From: Rebecca billardiae RCC1528
Lineage: Eukaryota; Protista; Haptophyta
Length of the DNA stretch: 64,000 bases
Direction: 5' to 3'
Assembly (NCBI GenBank): GCA_965240325.2
Contig: OZ251253.1
Span: forward strand, 806,001 to 870,000
This document shows, piece after piece, positions 23,928-34,381 of the stretch (the stretch's first letter is position 1; each line of letters opens with the position of its first letter). The position numbers and the translations under genes are program-made. The notes beneath the pieces are model-generated. The model was given only the letters and a program-made list of their open reading frames with translations, was not told where the DNA came from and ran no database searches.

Positions 23928-25065
23928 GTCGTCGCAGCCGGCGGCCGCGCGCGTGTTTGTGTTGGGCCTGCTGTGTCTGCTGGCGCTGTGCGTGCTCGGC
24001 GCGGTGCTCGCGCTGTGCTGCTGCCGCGGCAAGGGCGGGGGCAAGGGCGGCGAGCAGAAGGGCGCGCGCAAGCCCGCCGCGCCGCGCCGCCCGCCGCCCG
24101 CGCCGACGACGCGCTCGGCGCCGCCGCCGCGGCGCGACGCGTCGCCGCCGTCGCCGCCGCGCTCGCGCGAGCCCTCGCCCGGCCGTGCGCAGCCGGCGCG
24201 CGCGCCGCGCCGCCCGGGCGGCGCGCCGCCGTCCGCGCGCAGCACGCCGCCGGCGCCGACGTCGCTGCGCCGGCCGGGCTCGCCGCCCTCGTCCCCCGCG
24301 CGCAGCTCCGCCGCCGCCTCGCCGCTGCCGCGCCCGCGCGCGGCGGGCGCGCCGCGGCCGCCGCCGCGCGCGGCGGACGCGCGCGAGGCGGCGGCGCGGC
24401 ACGCGGCGCGCGCGGCCGCGGCGCGCGACGCGCGCGCGGCCGCGCTGCGCGCGGGCGCGCCGCTGCTCGTCTCGGTGGCGGACGGCGTGCTCTTTGAGGT
24501 GGACGTGCGCCTCTCGCCCGACGGCTCCACGCTGCACCTCGACGAGCGCGCGCTCCCCGTCGGCGCGCTCTCGGCCGTGCGGCCGGGCTGGCCGTCCGCG
24601 GGCGGCACCGAGCCGCACCACCCGACGCTGTGCCTCGAGCTGACGGCGTATGAGAATCCGGTGCGGCTGCTGTGCCGCTCGGCGGCGGAGGCGATCCGCT
24701 GGCTGGCGGGGCTGCACGAGGAGCCGCGGCTGCGCCACCTCGAGCCCACGCCCGGCCGCGCGAGCACGCCCTTCGGCCGCCTCGCCTTCGCGCGGCTGCG
24801 GCTGATGTGGCAGCGCGCGGTGCGGCAGCACGCGCACGGCGCGTTTGGCGAAGCGGCGCACGCGCGCGGCCGCGGGGCCGAGGGCGGGCTCGAGGGGATG
24901 CGGCACCGGCTGCTCGCGGGGCAGCTGCGCTCGGTGGTCGTCGCCGCGGACGACGCGGACGAGCGCGGCGCGCTGCCGCTCGGCTCGCCCTCGCCCTCGC
25001 GGCCCTCGCCGCCGCGGCGCGGCGGCGGCGCGGCGCGGAGCCCGCGCCCGTCCGAGCTGTACTGA
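22759..25065 (+). CDS. Type I membrane protein: signal peptide, choice-of-anchor-L-like ectodomain, TM helix, Pro-rich linker, PH-like domain
   Basis: Hydrophobic N-terminus; motifs GVLLSSG, YTLASEEF and VWDGNGDSVLDSA; TM VFVLGLLCLLALCVLGAVLALCCC; C-terminal VRLSPDGSTL..LSAVRPG..CLEL..LLCRSAAEAIRWLAGL. Confidence 0.7.
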
Positions 25066-25785
25066 CCGGGACAGTGACGAGGGACCGCGCGGCGCGCGCA
25101 CGACAAAAATCATCCCCCTCAAAATACTGCTGAATAATCAGAAAAGTCGAATAAATAAAGGCGCGCGAGTCCCAGCCAGGCGGTCCTCCCTCGGCCATGT
25201 CTTCCAGCGCCTCGCGTTCGCGAGGCGTGCCCGAAACAGCTACACACTCACCGGTGCCCTGGGGCACCGGCGCAACCCGCATCCAACACTCCGCATATCG
25301 CAGACACGACATATCCACCCGCGCTTGCACACGCACGCCCCCCCCCCCGCCTGCTTGCTGACCATGCAAGGACTGGCCCGGTGCGGACGCCAAGCGCATG
25401 CTCATCCCGACACGACGGCGAAGTGCGGAGGCACTGGGGAGCGACACGCGGAGTGTGGGCCGCCCTCCTTCCTGAGCAGCGCCCGGCCCTCAGGTGGAGA
25501 CCGCGCCCGTCCCGGCCTCCCCGCGGCGGCCGCGAGCCCCCCCCCCCCCCCTTCCCCATCCTGCCCGTTTCGCGACAAACCCCTCTCCCCCCGAAACGCA
25601 CGACGGGCCGCCGTGGTCCGGGGGACCGGCGGGGCCACTCCGGACCTGGGTTTTGAAATTTGATTTCAACCCCGCGCGCCGAAATGCCTTTGGCACCAGC
25701 ACCGACCTCGCTCGCACCGCAGTGCCCGCACCCGCCCCCCCCCCCCCCCCCCCTCCGCAGCCCCGCGCCCGCCACACCGGCTACC

Positions 25786-26889
25786 ATGCCCCCTTACGAG
25801 TACGGCGTGTTCCGCGACCGTCTCAACAGCAGGAGCGCCTTGACCTTCTTCCCCTCTTCCAGCAACTACGAGCGCGGGCTGCAGCTGGAACGGCCGAGCA
25901 CCCCCACCGCCAGGCGGGATGCGGGCCTGCAGATGTGCACGACGATGATCAAGCTGAGCGCGCGCTGCCTGAGCGACGTGGCGCCCAACTCGCAAGGCGG
26001 GCGACTGCTCGCAGGACTCACCCAGGACCCCAAAGGCAATAAGCACGTTTTCTCCTTCACCGGATCGGTGCTCGAGAACATGGCCATCTGCCGCCGCCTG
26101 GCCACCAGCCTGTGCATGCCGAACATTTTCACGGCGTGCACCACGGAGCTCACGCAGGAGATGCTCGCGCTGTCGGCGGCCGACCTCGCAACCCAGGCGA
26201 AGGACGTGTCCCTCACGCTCCCGGTTAGCCCCACGATGACGCTCGTGCAGTTCCACAGGGCCCTCTACGAGCAGATCGTGCCCGACATCAACAAGTACGT
26301 GACCAACGGTGAGCACGTCGAGACCAACATCTACTCCGGCGGTGTGAACCTGATCTTCCTCCGCCTCCGTTTCATGCCCATCGACCCCGAGCACCCCATC
26401 TTCTTCGCGCCGCTCAAGCCGAGCCGCCGCATCGCCGGCGCCGCCCGCGTCCCACACAACCTGTGGGGCGTGCCGCCCGCGCCGCCTGTGCCGCCCGCGC
26501 CGCCCGCCGCTGCGCGCCGCCCTGCTCCTCAGCCGGCCGACCAACAGGCGGCGGACCCCGCCGGCCCGGAGGCGGAGGAGCCCGAGGGGGAGGGTTCCGA
26601 CGATGCCATCCCGCCACCCCAGCCGCCAACCGCGGCCGCGCCGTCGGACGGGCCCGAGGTGCAACAGGCCAGGCCGGCGCTCGGGGAGTCCAACTACCGC
26701 CTGGTCCTGCCCCCCGGCGCCGCGGCAGCCGGCAAGCGCGCGGCGACCGAGCCGTCCACGCCGGCGGAGGAGGATGGGCCCTCCTCCGCTGGCGGGAGCG
26801 ACGCCAAGCCGGCCAAGCAGGCTCGCACCGCGTCCCTCGCCGACCCCCCCCGTGACCTGGCTGCCGCCGTGCCGCCGTCACTGGCGTAG
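25786..26889 (+). CDS. Orphan 367-aa protein of the 2.2-kb element (globular N-terminal ~215 aa, Pro/Ala-rich disordered tail)
   Basis: ATG in ACCATG context; intact and the same length in both copies; synonymous changes between copies in the central region. Confidence 0.8.
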   Translation: MPPYEYGVFRDRLNSRSALTFFPSSSNYERGLQLERPSTPTARRDAGLQMCTTMIKLSARCLSDVAPNSQGGRLLAGLTQDPKGNKHVFSFTGSVLENMAICRRLATSLCMPNIFTACTTELTQEMLALSAADLATQAKDVSLTLPVSPTMTLVQFHRALYEQIVPDINKYVTNGEHVETNIYSGGVNLIFLRLRFMPIDPEHPIFFAPLKPSRRIAGAARVPHNLWGVPPAPPVPPAPPAAARRPAPQPADQQAADPAGPEAEEPEGEGSDDAIPPPQPPTAAAPSDGPEVQQARPALGESNYRLVLPPGAAAAGKRAATEPSTPAEEDGPSSAGGSDAKPAKQARTASLADPPRDLAAAVPPSLA

Positions 26890-26949
26890 AGCCGCGCGCG
26901 GCGCTGGCGCGCCAGACGCGCCCGGTTGGGCAGCGCAGGCACCCTCAGC

Positions 26950-27080
26950 GGCCAGGACGACGACTTCCTCAACGGCAAGGGCGACGACTTCCTCTGCGGC
27001 CAGGGCGACGACTTCCTCAACGGCAAGGACGACGACTTCCTCAACGGCAAGGGCGACTACTCCCTCAACTCGGCAAGGCC
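26950..27080 (+). repeat. 5 x 24-bp repeat (GACGACTTCCTCAACGGCAAGGGC) in the 3' region of the element
   Basis: Direct repeats visible here and inverted at ~39165-39295. Confidence 0.9.
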
Positions 27081-27467
27081 ACTAGGCCGCGCACACCGGC
27101 CCGGGCGACCACATCCACTACCCGCACTACGGCATCAACTTGAACAGCCTCGGACGACGACGACGCGGGCAACTACATGATGACCAAGGCCGACGACGAC
27201 TGCAAAACAGCGGCATCCCCGGGCGCCTACTACCTCAGTGACCGTGTGATCAGCATCGGTTACGACGACTCCCTCACCCGCGGCCAACGCGCTCCAGCGA
27301 CATCCTCCATTAACTCCATTCAGTACTTCGACAGACGAATCAGGAGAGCTGCGCCCTCGTGCCTGTGTCTTTAAATCATAGAATTAGTCCGGGCGCTCGC
27401 GATCGACATTCTGAATTCGGCGGAGCATCCGCTCGCGAAAGGTCGGCGCCCCGATTCTGCTGCAAGG

Positions 27468-29399
27468 ATGGGCGCCGCCTCCTCCGCCGCCGCCGCCGCC
27501 GACGCGCCCGGCGGCGTCGACCCGCGCGCGGCGCTGCCGCTCGGCGCGCCGCCGCACGACCTCGCCGACGCCGCCGAGCTCGGCGCGCTCCGCGCCATCG
27601 GGCCGGGCGCGCGCGTGGGCGCGGCCGAGCGGCGGTGCGTGAGCCTGGCGCAGCTGGACGCGCTGTGGGCGGTCGTGCAGGCGCGCTGCGCGGCGGGGGG
27701 CTCGTGGTGGCACGTGGTGCGCGACGCGTCGGGCGCGGCGCTGCGGTACGAGCCGCGCACCCTCGACCCGGCCGCCGTCGACTGGTACCACGTGCACCAC
27801 ACGCTGCTGCTGCCCGCGACGCGGCCGCGCGGCTGCTCGGCCGCCGAGCTCTGGGGCGGCGGCGCGGGGCGCGACGGCGCGAGCGCCGAGTGGTACGTGG
27901 CGCACGCGTGGGCCGAGCCGTTCGCGCGCGTGCTCGCGTGCCTCCGCCAGCACGCCGCCGACCGCGGCTACCACGAGCACACGCCGCTCTGGCTCTGCGC
28001 CGCCGCGGCGAGCGCGCACGCGCCCGCCGACGTCGGGCTGCGCGCGCGCGCCGACCCGCGCGACGCGCCGTGGGCGCGCGCGCTCGCCGAGGCGCGCGGG
28101 CTGGTGCTCGTGCTCGGCGAGCCGGCGACGCTGTTCTCGCGCGCGTGGCCCGCGTACGAGCTCGCGCACGCCGTCGCCGCCGCGCCCGGCGGCACGCTCG
28201 TCGACTGCTACGCGCTGCTCGCGCGCGGCGGCGGCGGCGGCGGCGCGGGCGGCGGCGGCGCGGGCGGCGGCGGCGGCGGCGGCTTCGGCGTGGTCGGGCT
28301 GACCGACGGGCCGCTGGGCGCGGAGGGGCTGGACGGGCAGCGCGCGCGGCAGCGCGCGCTGGCGACGGACGTGCTCGGCCCCGCGCTCGCCTTCGACCTC
28401 GACGCCGCCGCCGCCTCCGCGCCCTCCGACGCTGCGCTGCTGCGCGCGGCCCTCTCCGAGTGGGCGGAGGGGCGCGCGCTCGGCGCCACGGTGCGCTCCT
28501 TCTTCGTCGCGGCGGCGCTGTCCGAGCTCGTGCGCACGGCGGGCGGGCGGTACCGGCTGGCGCACGCGCAGCTCGACGAGCTCGCCGCCTCGCAGCTGCG
28601 CGCCCTCCGCGCCGTGCTCGACGGCGCGCCCCCCGGCTGGGCGTGCGAGGCGCTGCTGCCGCGGCTGCCGCGCAGGCTGCAGGCGCTCGCGCTGCGCGGC
28701 GCGCGGCCGGCGCGCAGGCCGCCCGCGCTGCTCGGCGCGGCGGTGGGCGGCGGCGGCGTGGGCGCGGAGGACGTGGGCGCGCGCGTGGCGCGGTGGATCG
28801 GCGGCGCGGCGCGCGGCGGGCGCGGCGCGCCGCCCGCCCCGCCGCTGCGCGCGCTTACGCTCGTCGCGTGCGCCATCGACGACGGCGGCGCGGCCGCGCT
28901 CGCGCGCGCGCTGCCCTCGCTCGACACGTCGCTCGCGCTGCTCGACCTCTCGGGCAACCGGATCGGCGCGGCGGGGGCGGGCGCGCTGGCGGGCGCGGTG
29001 CGCGTGCACCTCTCGCTGCGCACGCTCGCGCTCGCGCGCAACCCGCTCGGCGACGACGGCGTCGCCGCGCTCGGCGCCGCGCTGCGGCTCAACTCGTCGG
29101 TAGCGTCCGCGCGGCTCGGCGGCACCGGCGCGGCCGAGCGCGGCGCGGCCGCGCTCGCCGAGGCGCTGCGCGTGAACGCGAGCCTGCGCGTGCTCGACGT
29201 GTCGCAGAACCGGATCCCCGCGCGCGGCGTGGTCGCGCTCGCCGACGCGCTCGGCGCCAACACCGCGCTCGACGCGTGCTACGTGGGCGCCAACCCCCTG
29301 GGCACGGAGGGGCGGCGCGCGGTGCGCGAGGCGTGGCGCGCCAAGGACGCGCGGCTGCTCAACGTGGTGCCCAGCGCGCTGCACGCCGACGCGGCCTGA
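27468..29399 (+). CDS. HET/TIR-like N-terminal domain plus RNI-type leucine-rich repeats (NLRC3-like LRRs)
   Basis: WYVAHAWAEPF..LWLCA..LFSRAWPAYEL resembles the SHxW...RxWCxxE pattern of HET-like domains. C-terminal repeats LDLSGNRIGAAGAGALA, LALARNPLGDDGVAALG and LDVSQNRIPARGVVALA. MGAASS is a possible myristoylation site. Confidence 0.8.
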   Translation: MGAASSAAAAADAPGGVDPRAALPLGAPPHDLADAAELGALRAIGPGARVGAAERRCVSLAQLDALWAVVQARCAAGGSWWHVVRDASGAALRYEPRTLDPAAVDWYHVHHTLLLPATRPRGCSAAELWGGGAGRDGASAEWYVAHAWAEPFARVLACLRQHAADRGYHEHTPLWLCAAAASAHAPADVGLRARADPRDAPWARALAEARGLVLVLGEPATLFSRAWPAYELAHAVAAAPGGTLVDCYALLARGGGGGGAGGGGAGGGGGGGFGVVGLTDGPLGAEGLDGQRARQRALATDVLGPALAFDLDAAAASAPSDAALLRAALSEWAEGRALGATVRSFFVAAALSELVRTAGGRYRLAHAQLDELAASQLRALRAVLDGAPPGWACEALLPRLPRRLQALALRGARPARRPPALLGAAVGGGGVGAEDVGARVARWIGGAARGGRGAPPAPPLRALTLVACAIDDGGAAALARALPSLDTSLALLDLSGNRIGAAGAGALAGAVRVHLSLRTLALARNPLGDDGVAALGAALRLNSSVASARLGGTGAAERGAAALAEALRVNASLRVLDVSQNRIPARGVVALADALGANTALDACYVGANPLGTEGRRAVREAWRAKDARLLNVVPSALHADAA

Positions 29400-30201
29400 G
29401 CATGCGGGGGCGGGGGCGGGAGGGGCGGGGCGGCGGGAGGGCGGCGGGGCGGCCCCGCCCGCCGCGGGCCGCCGCAGCCCGCGCGCGGCGCCGCGCTCGC
29501 GCCAGCGCGCGCCGCGAGCAGCATCCGCATCGGCACCGTCGCTGTCGCCGCGGCGTCCGCAGCGGCGCAGCGCGCGCAGTGCACGCGCACCGCCGCACGG
29601 CACGAAGCGCCTACGGGGCTTGCGCGGGCGGGCAGCCGGCATGGCTCACGTGCGCCGCCCCCGGGGGCGCTGCGCCCGACAGCCGTCTCGTTAAGGTCTC
29701 GTTGAGGCGACGGCCGGCTGACGACGCGCTGGCTGACGTCTGGCGACGGCGTGGCAGCGCGCCCAGCGCGGGGTGGCGCGCACGCGTCGACGCCGCGGAC
29801 GGTGCGCCGGGCTGTGCTCGGCGATGGAGTGATATGGGGGGAAAGTGCGAGGCGACTGCGCGCTGCGCTTGAGTGCGCTGGCACCGTCCGTCGGATGCAA
29901 TACTTGCATGCGCGGTGTTCGTCCCGCTGACTGTACGCGACGCGACGACTGATAGCGCATGACGATATAGAATTCCACACGCGCCTGCCGTGCATCACTG
30001 CTTATATATAAACTGTGCCCTGGCGGGCGGGGGGGTCGGCGGGCCGTGCCAGTGCTGTCGCAATGTATCCTTTGCGGGTTCGCGTCTTTCCACATTCGCT
30101 CGTGGCCGTGGGTTACGGACAGTCGAGTGCAAGGACCAGTGATGACACGTGAAGTTGGCTCCCCGACGTGTGACACGTCTCAGTCTGTACTCTTATGCGC
30201 A

Positions 30202-30749
30202 TCAGCGAGGCCCACACCCTGACACCCACGAGGGAATGTGCAGCACGCGGGGCGGGGCGGGTAGCCCGTTGCTCCGCGCGAGCGCGGGTACGCACTGTAT
30301 GTGCCGCATCTCGACCGCGATGGCGTAATCGAGCGCCTCGCCGCCGACGAAGCCGCCAGAGTAGATCATGTGCATGTCCTCCTGCCGCCAGCCGAGAGCG
30401 GTCGTCGCGAGGATGCTTGCCGATGTCTGCTCCGGGCATGATGGGCTCGGCGCAGGTCGCGTTGGCGTCGTGCACGGCTGCCACGCTGAGCACGAGCGCG
30501 TTGACGTTCGCGCGGTCGTCGCTCTTCGCCTCGTGCGACAGGTCTGGCGCCTGCGTGTTCGGCGGCACAAGGAGCTGTTGGTTGTGCGCGCGCGCGCACA
30601 GCGACAGCGTGTGCCACTCGCGATCGAGAGTGGGCACGAGCTGCTCGAGCAAACACACGATTCGCAGCGCATCCATCACCGGCGTGACGACGTCCGCCTC
30701 GTCCCGCAGCGCCTGCGCCATGGACGAGGATGGCGCGGCGATATTGCAT
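30202..30749 (-). pseudogene. Degenerate, frameshifted ankyrin-like coding remnant
   Basis: ALDYAIAVEMRHIQCVPALA and NVNALVLSVAA..CAEPIMPGADI lie in different frames; TpG/CpA-rich decayed composition. Confidence 0.3.
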
Positions 30750-31573
30750 GCTCGACGTCCCGTCTCTCTGCAGATGGCATCACGGGCTTGTCTGTGTCGC
30801 GCTGCGGCGAGGGTCGCCAACTCGCGATGACGCGGTTGCTGCCACGGCGACAGACCCGGGAGGTGCGTCCGCTGCGCGTCGTACGCCGTTGGCGCTGCGC
30901 TTCCGTCGCATTGGTCACCGTCGACGCCATGCAGGCCGGACGTGGGCTTCGGCGAGGGACCGGACCGCGAGCAATGACCGAGTCCGGTGCGCGGATTCCG
31001 GCGATCGAGTTCACGGAAGGCCGCGCCAAATCTTGCGTCGCGTGCGATGGCGCTTCCCGCCCGCGAGACGCCTCGTGATGAGGGCTTTCTCGCACCGAGC
31101 CCGACGCGCGACGGTGGATCGCGCGAGGCGGTCATCGTGCGCAGCGCATGATGCTATGGCCGGTGCGAGCTTTCGACGTGCACGTCGGGCGAGGATCGCC
31201 CCAAGTCGCACGATCGTGTCGACGCGCCGAGCGTACCGCATCAAACGGGTCGATTTGGGCCCCGTTCGACCTGCACGCGAGACGACGAGGGCAGCAATCG
31301 CGAATCGGGCGAAAACGCGTCTAGGGAATCCTCGCGCGATGTCCGCGCCGGCGTTGGATTCGGCGCGCGCGGCCCACGCGCTCCGCGCCAGGCGCCATAT
31401 GGTTTTCGGCCGAGCGTCCCCAGTGGGAGCTGCGAGGGCGCCCGGTAGTGAGCGAAGCGACCCGGCAGTGAGCGGGCGATTTTCTTTTCTACTTTGCGAG
31501 GCGATTTTCTTTTTTCCTTTTCTTTTTCTTATCTTTTTCCCGGGCACTACAAGGGGCGGACCTACGGCCCGCC

Positions 31574-31578
<5 letters not shown>

Positions 31579-31643
<65 letters not shown>
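31579..31643. repeat. (TA)n microsatellite
   Basis: About 32 TA units. Confidence 0.98.
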
Positions 31644-31647
<4 letters not shown>

Positions 31648-34322
31648 TAATGTCAGCTGTATTGCCGTTTTGGAAAGTGTGGTCAGGTGTATTGCCAAAC
31701 GCACGTTTTGACTACCGTGGTCAGTTGTATTGCCGTTTTCCATGTTTGGGAATCACGTGTCAATCTTGTTGCCAACGTCGAATACTTGTGTCAGGTGTAT
31801 TGCCGTGGATGATGGCCCAATACTTTGTCCAGCTGTATTGCCGTCGCGTAGTGTGGGTCAGTTGTGTTGCCGTTTGCGCATCTTTGATTCAGGTTTGTTG
31901 CCGCGATCGCCCACGCGCTGATGATGGCGCTGGCGCCCACGCGCCGCCGGCGTGCGCGGCGTGCCCTTGAGCAGGCCTAGCTGATCCCAGGCCAGAAGAG
32001 TGGCGTTCAACGACGACGATCTCTGCCGGGGTAGCGCCGTGTTCCTCCACATCATCAAGCCGAGCGACGAGCTGAACCGTGGACCGGAATCTGCACAAAC
32101 GCTGCCGCATGCGCGCGCAGTGCAACACGCGCGTGCACCTCGGGCTACTCGCCGTCTACGCGGAGACGGGCGAGAATCCGTCGCGACTTCTATCGAATCG
32201 GCGTTGCTCCGTGCTCACTTCGACTCCGGGACCGTCAAGCGCGCAGTCGATGACATTGCGACGGCAGCGCATGCAGGTGCATGCGTGAAGCAGGGTGAGC
32301 GTGTGTTGCTGCGCCCCGATTCGCGGGAGTCGAACGTGCACGACGGGCGTGTGCTCTTCAACGGCCTCAAGGAGCTTGACCAACGCGACGCGCGTCCCTC
32401 TCACTGCCTGCCATCGACTGTCATTCACACCGTGGCGATCAACCAACGCGCGTCGCTCTCGCTCGTGCAACACTGCTGGCGCGTGCCTTTTTGCGATTGT
32501 CATCACTCCAACAGCAGACTGCCCTGTGGCCAACCGTGTGCAGGTGGCTGACCGTGCGCCAGTCGCACTCGTCAACGCAGGCTGATTGGCCCGTGGAGGA
32601 GGAAGTCCAAGGCGTACTGCCAGCTGGGACACAACGCACCGACCGGCGGGCGGTGCGCCGCGCGCGCCTCGACGAGCCAGCAAGCAGGAGGGGCAGGCGA
32701 CGCTTCCTGCTGCTGCTGGAACCCGAGTGGCAGGCTTGGCGAGCGCGGTCGCAGCTTGAGGCGGCGCGTGCAGCGGCATGGGACGCGATGCGGCTCACGT
32801 GGCCGCTGAAGTAGCAGCAGTCCCGATGGCGCTGGCGGCCGGCCGCCGGCGGGCGGCAAGCGCGACGGCGACGGGAAGCGCCGACTGCTACTGGAAGTCA
32901 AGATGAGCTACGCAGGCCGCATGATGATGGCATGTCGGTTGGTTGCTGTCGCGTATCCTGCATGCCGCGCGCAGGCAGTCGCAGCTCTGCACGCACGCGC
33001 ACACGGGCTGCGCGAGTCTCTTGTCTGAGTGCGAGTTGTGCCCCAGCCATGAGCTGCTGGCGGCAATACAACTGACACATAGTTATGGAAAGGGCAATAT
33101 TTCTGAGCAGACTATGTTCAAGCTCGAAAACGGCAATATTCGTGAACCAAGTACTGTGAAAGGGTCATTGGTTTGAAACCAGTATTTGAGGGGCAATATT
33201 GTTGACACACTATCCAAAAGCGGCAATATTCTTGACCCATACTACTGAAAACGGCAATACAACTGATACCTGGTGGATTTTCAGCCACCGGGATTCGGAC
33301 ATTTCGACTTAGGCGAGACGGCGAGCACCGAACCGTTTCCCTTAAGAAGAGCTGTACCCACCTGGTCGCATTGCACTATTCACGCGGCGCCTTCTGGGGC
33401 TTCGTGTCATTTTTGAGACTAGGACTTCTGAGCGGCTGTGAGTACTGTCGTTGTTCAGAGAGCACGAGCAAGGAATCCAAGTTGGAGCCGCCCCATAGTC
33501 AAGGCCCATCGAAAACGGCGCGGCTCGGGCGGAATCTTACCTGTGAAGCGTGTTTCCAATAGTGTCCGCCACGCCGCCGCCGTGATGAAGGTATAAGGAG
33601 AACGGCGCGGCCCGTATTGGGTTTCGGACGGAATCTTACCTGTGAAGCGTATTTGCAATTAGTGTCCGCCACGCCGCCGCCATGAAGAAGGTAAGCTCCT
33701 TACCTTCTTCATGGCGGCGGCGCCACGCCGCCGCCATGAAGAAGGTAAGCTCCTTACCTTCTTCATGGCGGCGGCGTGGCGGACACTAATTGCAAATACG
33801 CTTCACAGGTAAGATTCCGTCCGAAACCCAATACGGGCCGCGCCGTTCTCCTTATACCTTCATCACGGCGGCGGCGTGGCGGACACTATTGGAAACACGC
33901 TTCACAGGTAAGATTCCGCCCGAAACCCAATACGAGCCCCGCCGTTTGCGGCCTAGCGGGGCGCATCTCTTTGCAGCAAAACACGCTTCACGCGCCGTTT
34001 TCGATGGGCCTTGACTATGGGGCGGCTCCAACTTGGATTCCTTGCTCGTGCTCTCTGAACAACGAAAGTACTCACAGCCGCTCAGAAGTCCTAGTCTCAA
34101 AAATGACCCGAAGCCCCAGAAGGCGCCGCGTGAATAGTGCAATGCGACCAGGTGGGTACAGCTCTTCTTAGGGCCAAACGGTTCGGTGCTCGCCGTCTCG
34201 CCTAAGTCGAAATGTCCGAATCCCGGTGGCTGAAAATCCACCAGGTACCACGGTAGTCATAACGTGCTTTTGGCAATACAACTGACCACACTATCCAAAG
34301 CGGCAATACAACTGACGTCGGC

Positions 34323-34324
<2 letters not shown>
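31644..34324. mobile_element. Non-autonomous long-TIR element with GAG...CTC ends (MULE- or Sola-like, superfamily unresolved)
   Basis: Left end gagataatgtcagctgtattgccgttttggaaagtgtggtcaggtgtattgccaaacgcacgttttgactaccgtgg matches the reverse complement of 34248-34324. GTATTGCC is repeated on the left and GGCAATA on the right (33060-33266). The interior is decayed coding-like DNA. Confidence 0.85.
33269..34245. mobile_element. 977-bp foldback (almost entirely palindromic) element inserted in the right TIR of the GAG element
   Basis: CCTGGTGGATTTTCAGCCACCGG... and ...CCGGTGGCTGAAAATCCACCAGG form ~400-bp inverted arms; TA on both sides (33267-33268, 34246-34247). Confidence 0.9.

Positions 34325-34381
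<57 letters not shown>
34325..34381. repeat. (TATC)n microsatellite
   Basis: Seen directly in the sequence. Confidence 0.98.

Larger units (their letters stand above)
25195..27392 (+). mobile_element. 2.2-kb repeated element without TIR or TSD, copy A
   Basis: Highly similar to the reverse complement of 38856-41076 from CCATGTCTTCC to TAGAATTAGTCCGG; the flanks diverge. Confidence 0.85.

Noticed and set aside
25786-27392. Fanzor/TnpB with omegaRNA, or a ribozyme-bearing element
   Set aside because: No RuvC D-E-D or zinc-finger motifs are visible in the 367-aa ORF, and no CUGANGA hammerhead core was found near the CGAAAC at ~25235.
31546-31552. CACTA transposon terminus
   Set aside because: An isolated CACTAC with no matching inverted end or 3-bp TSD found.
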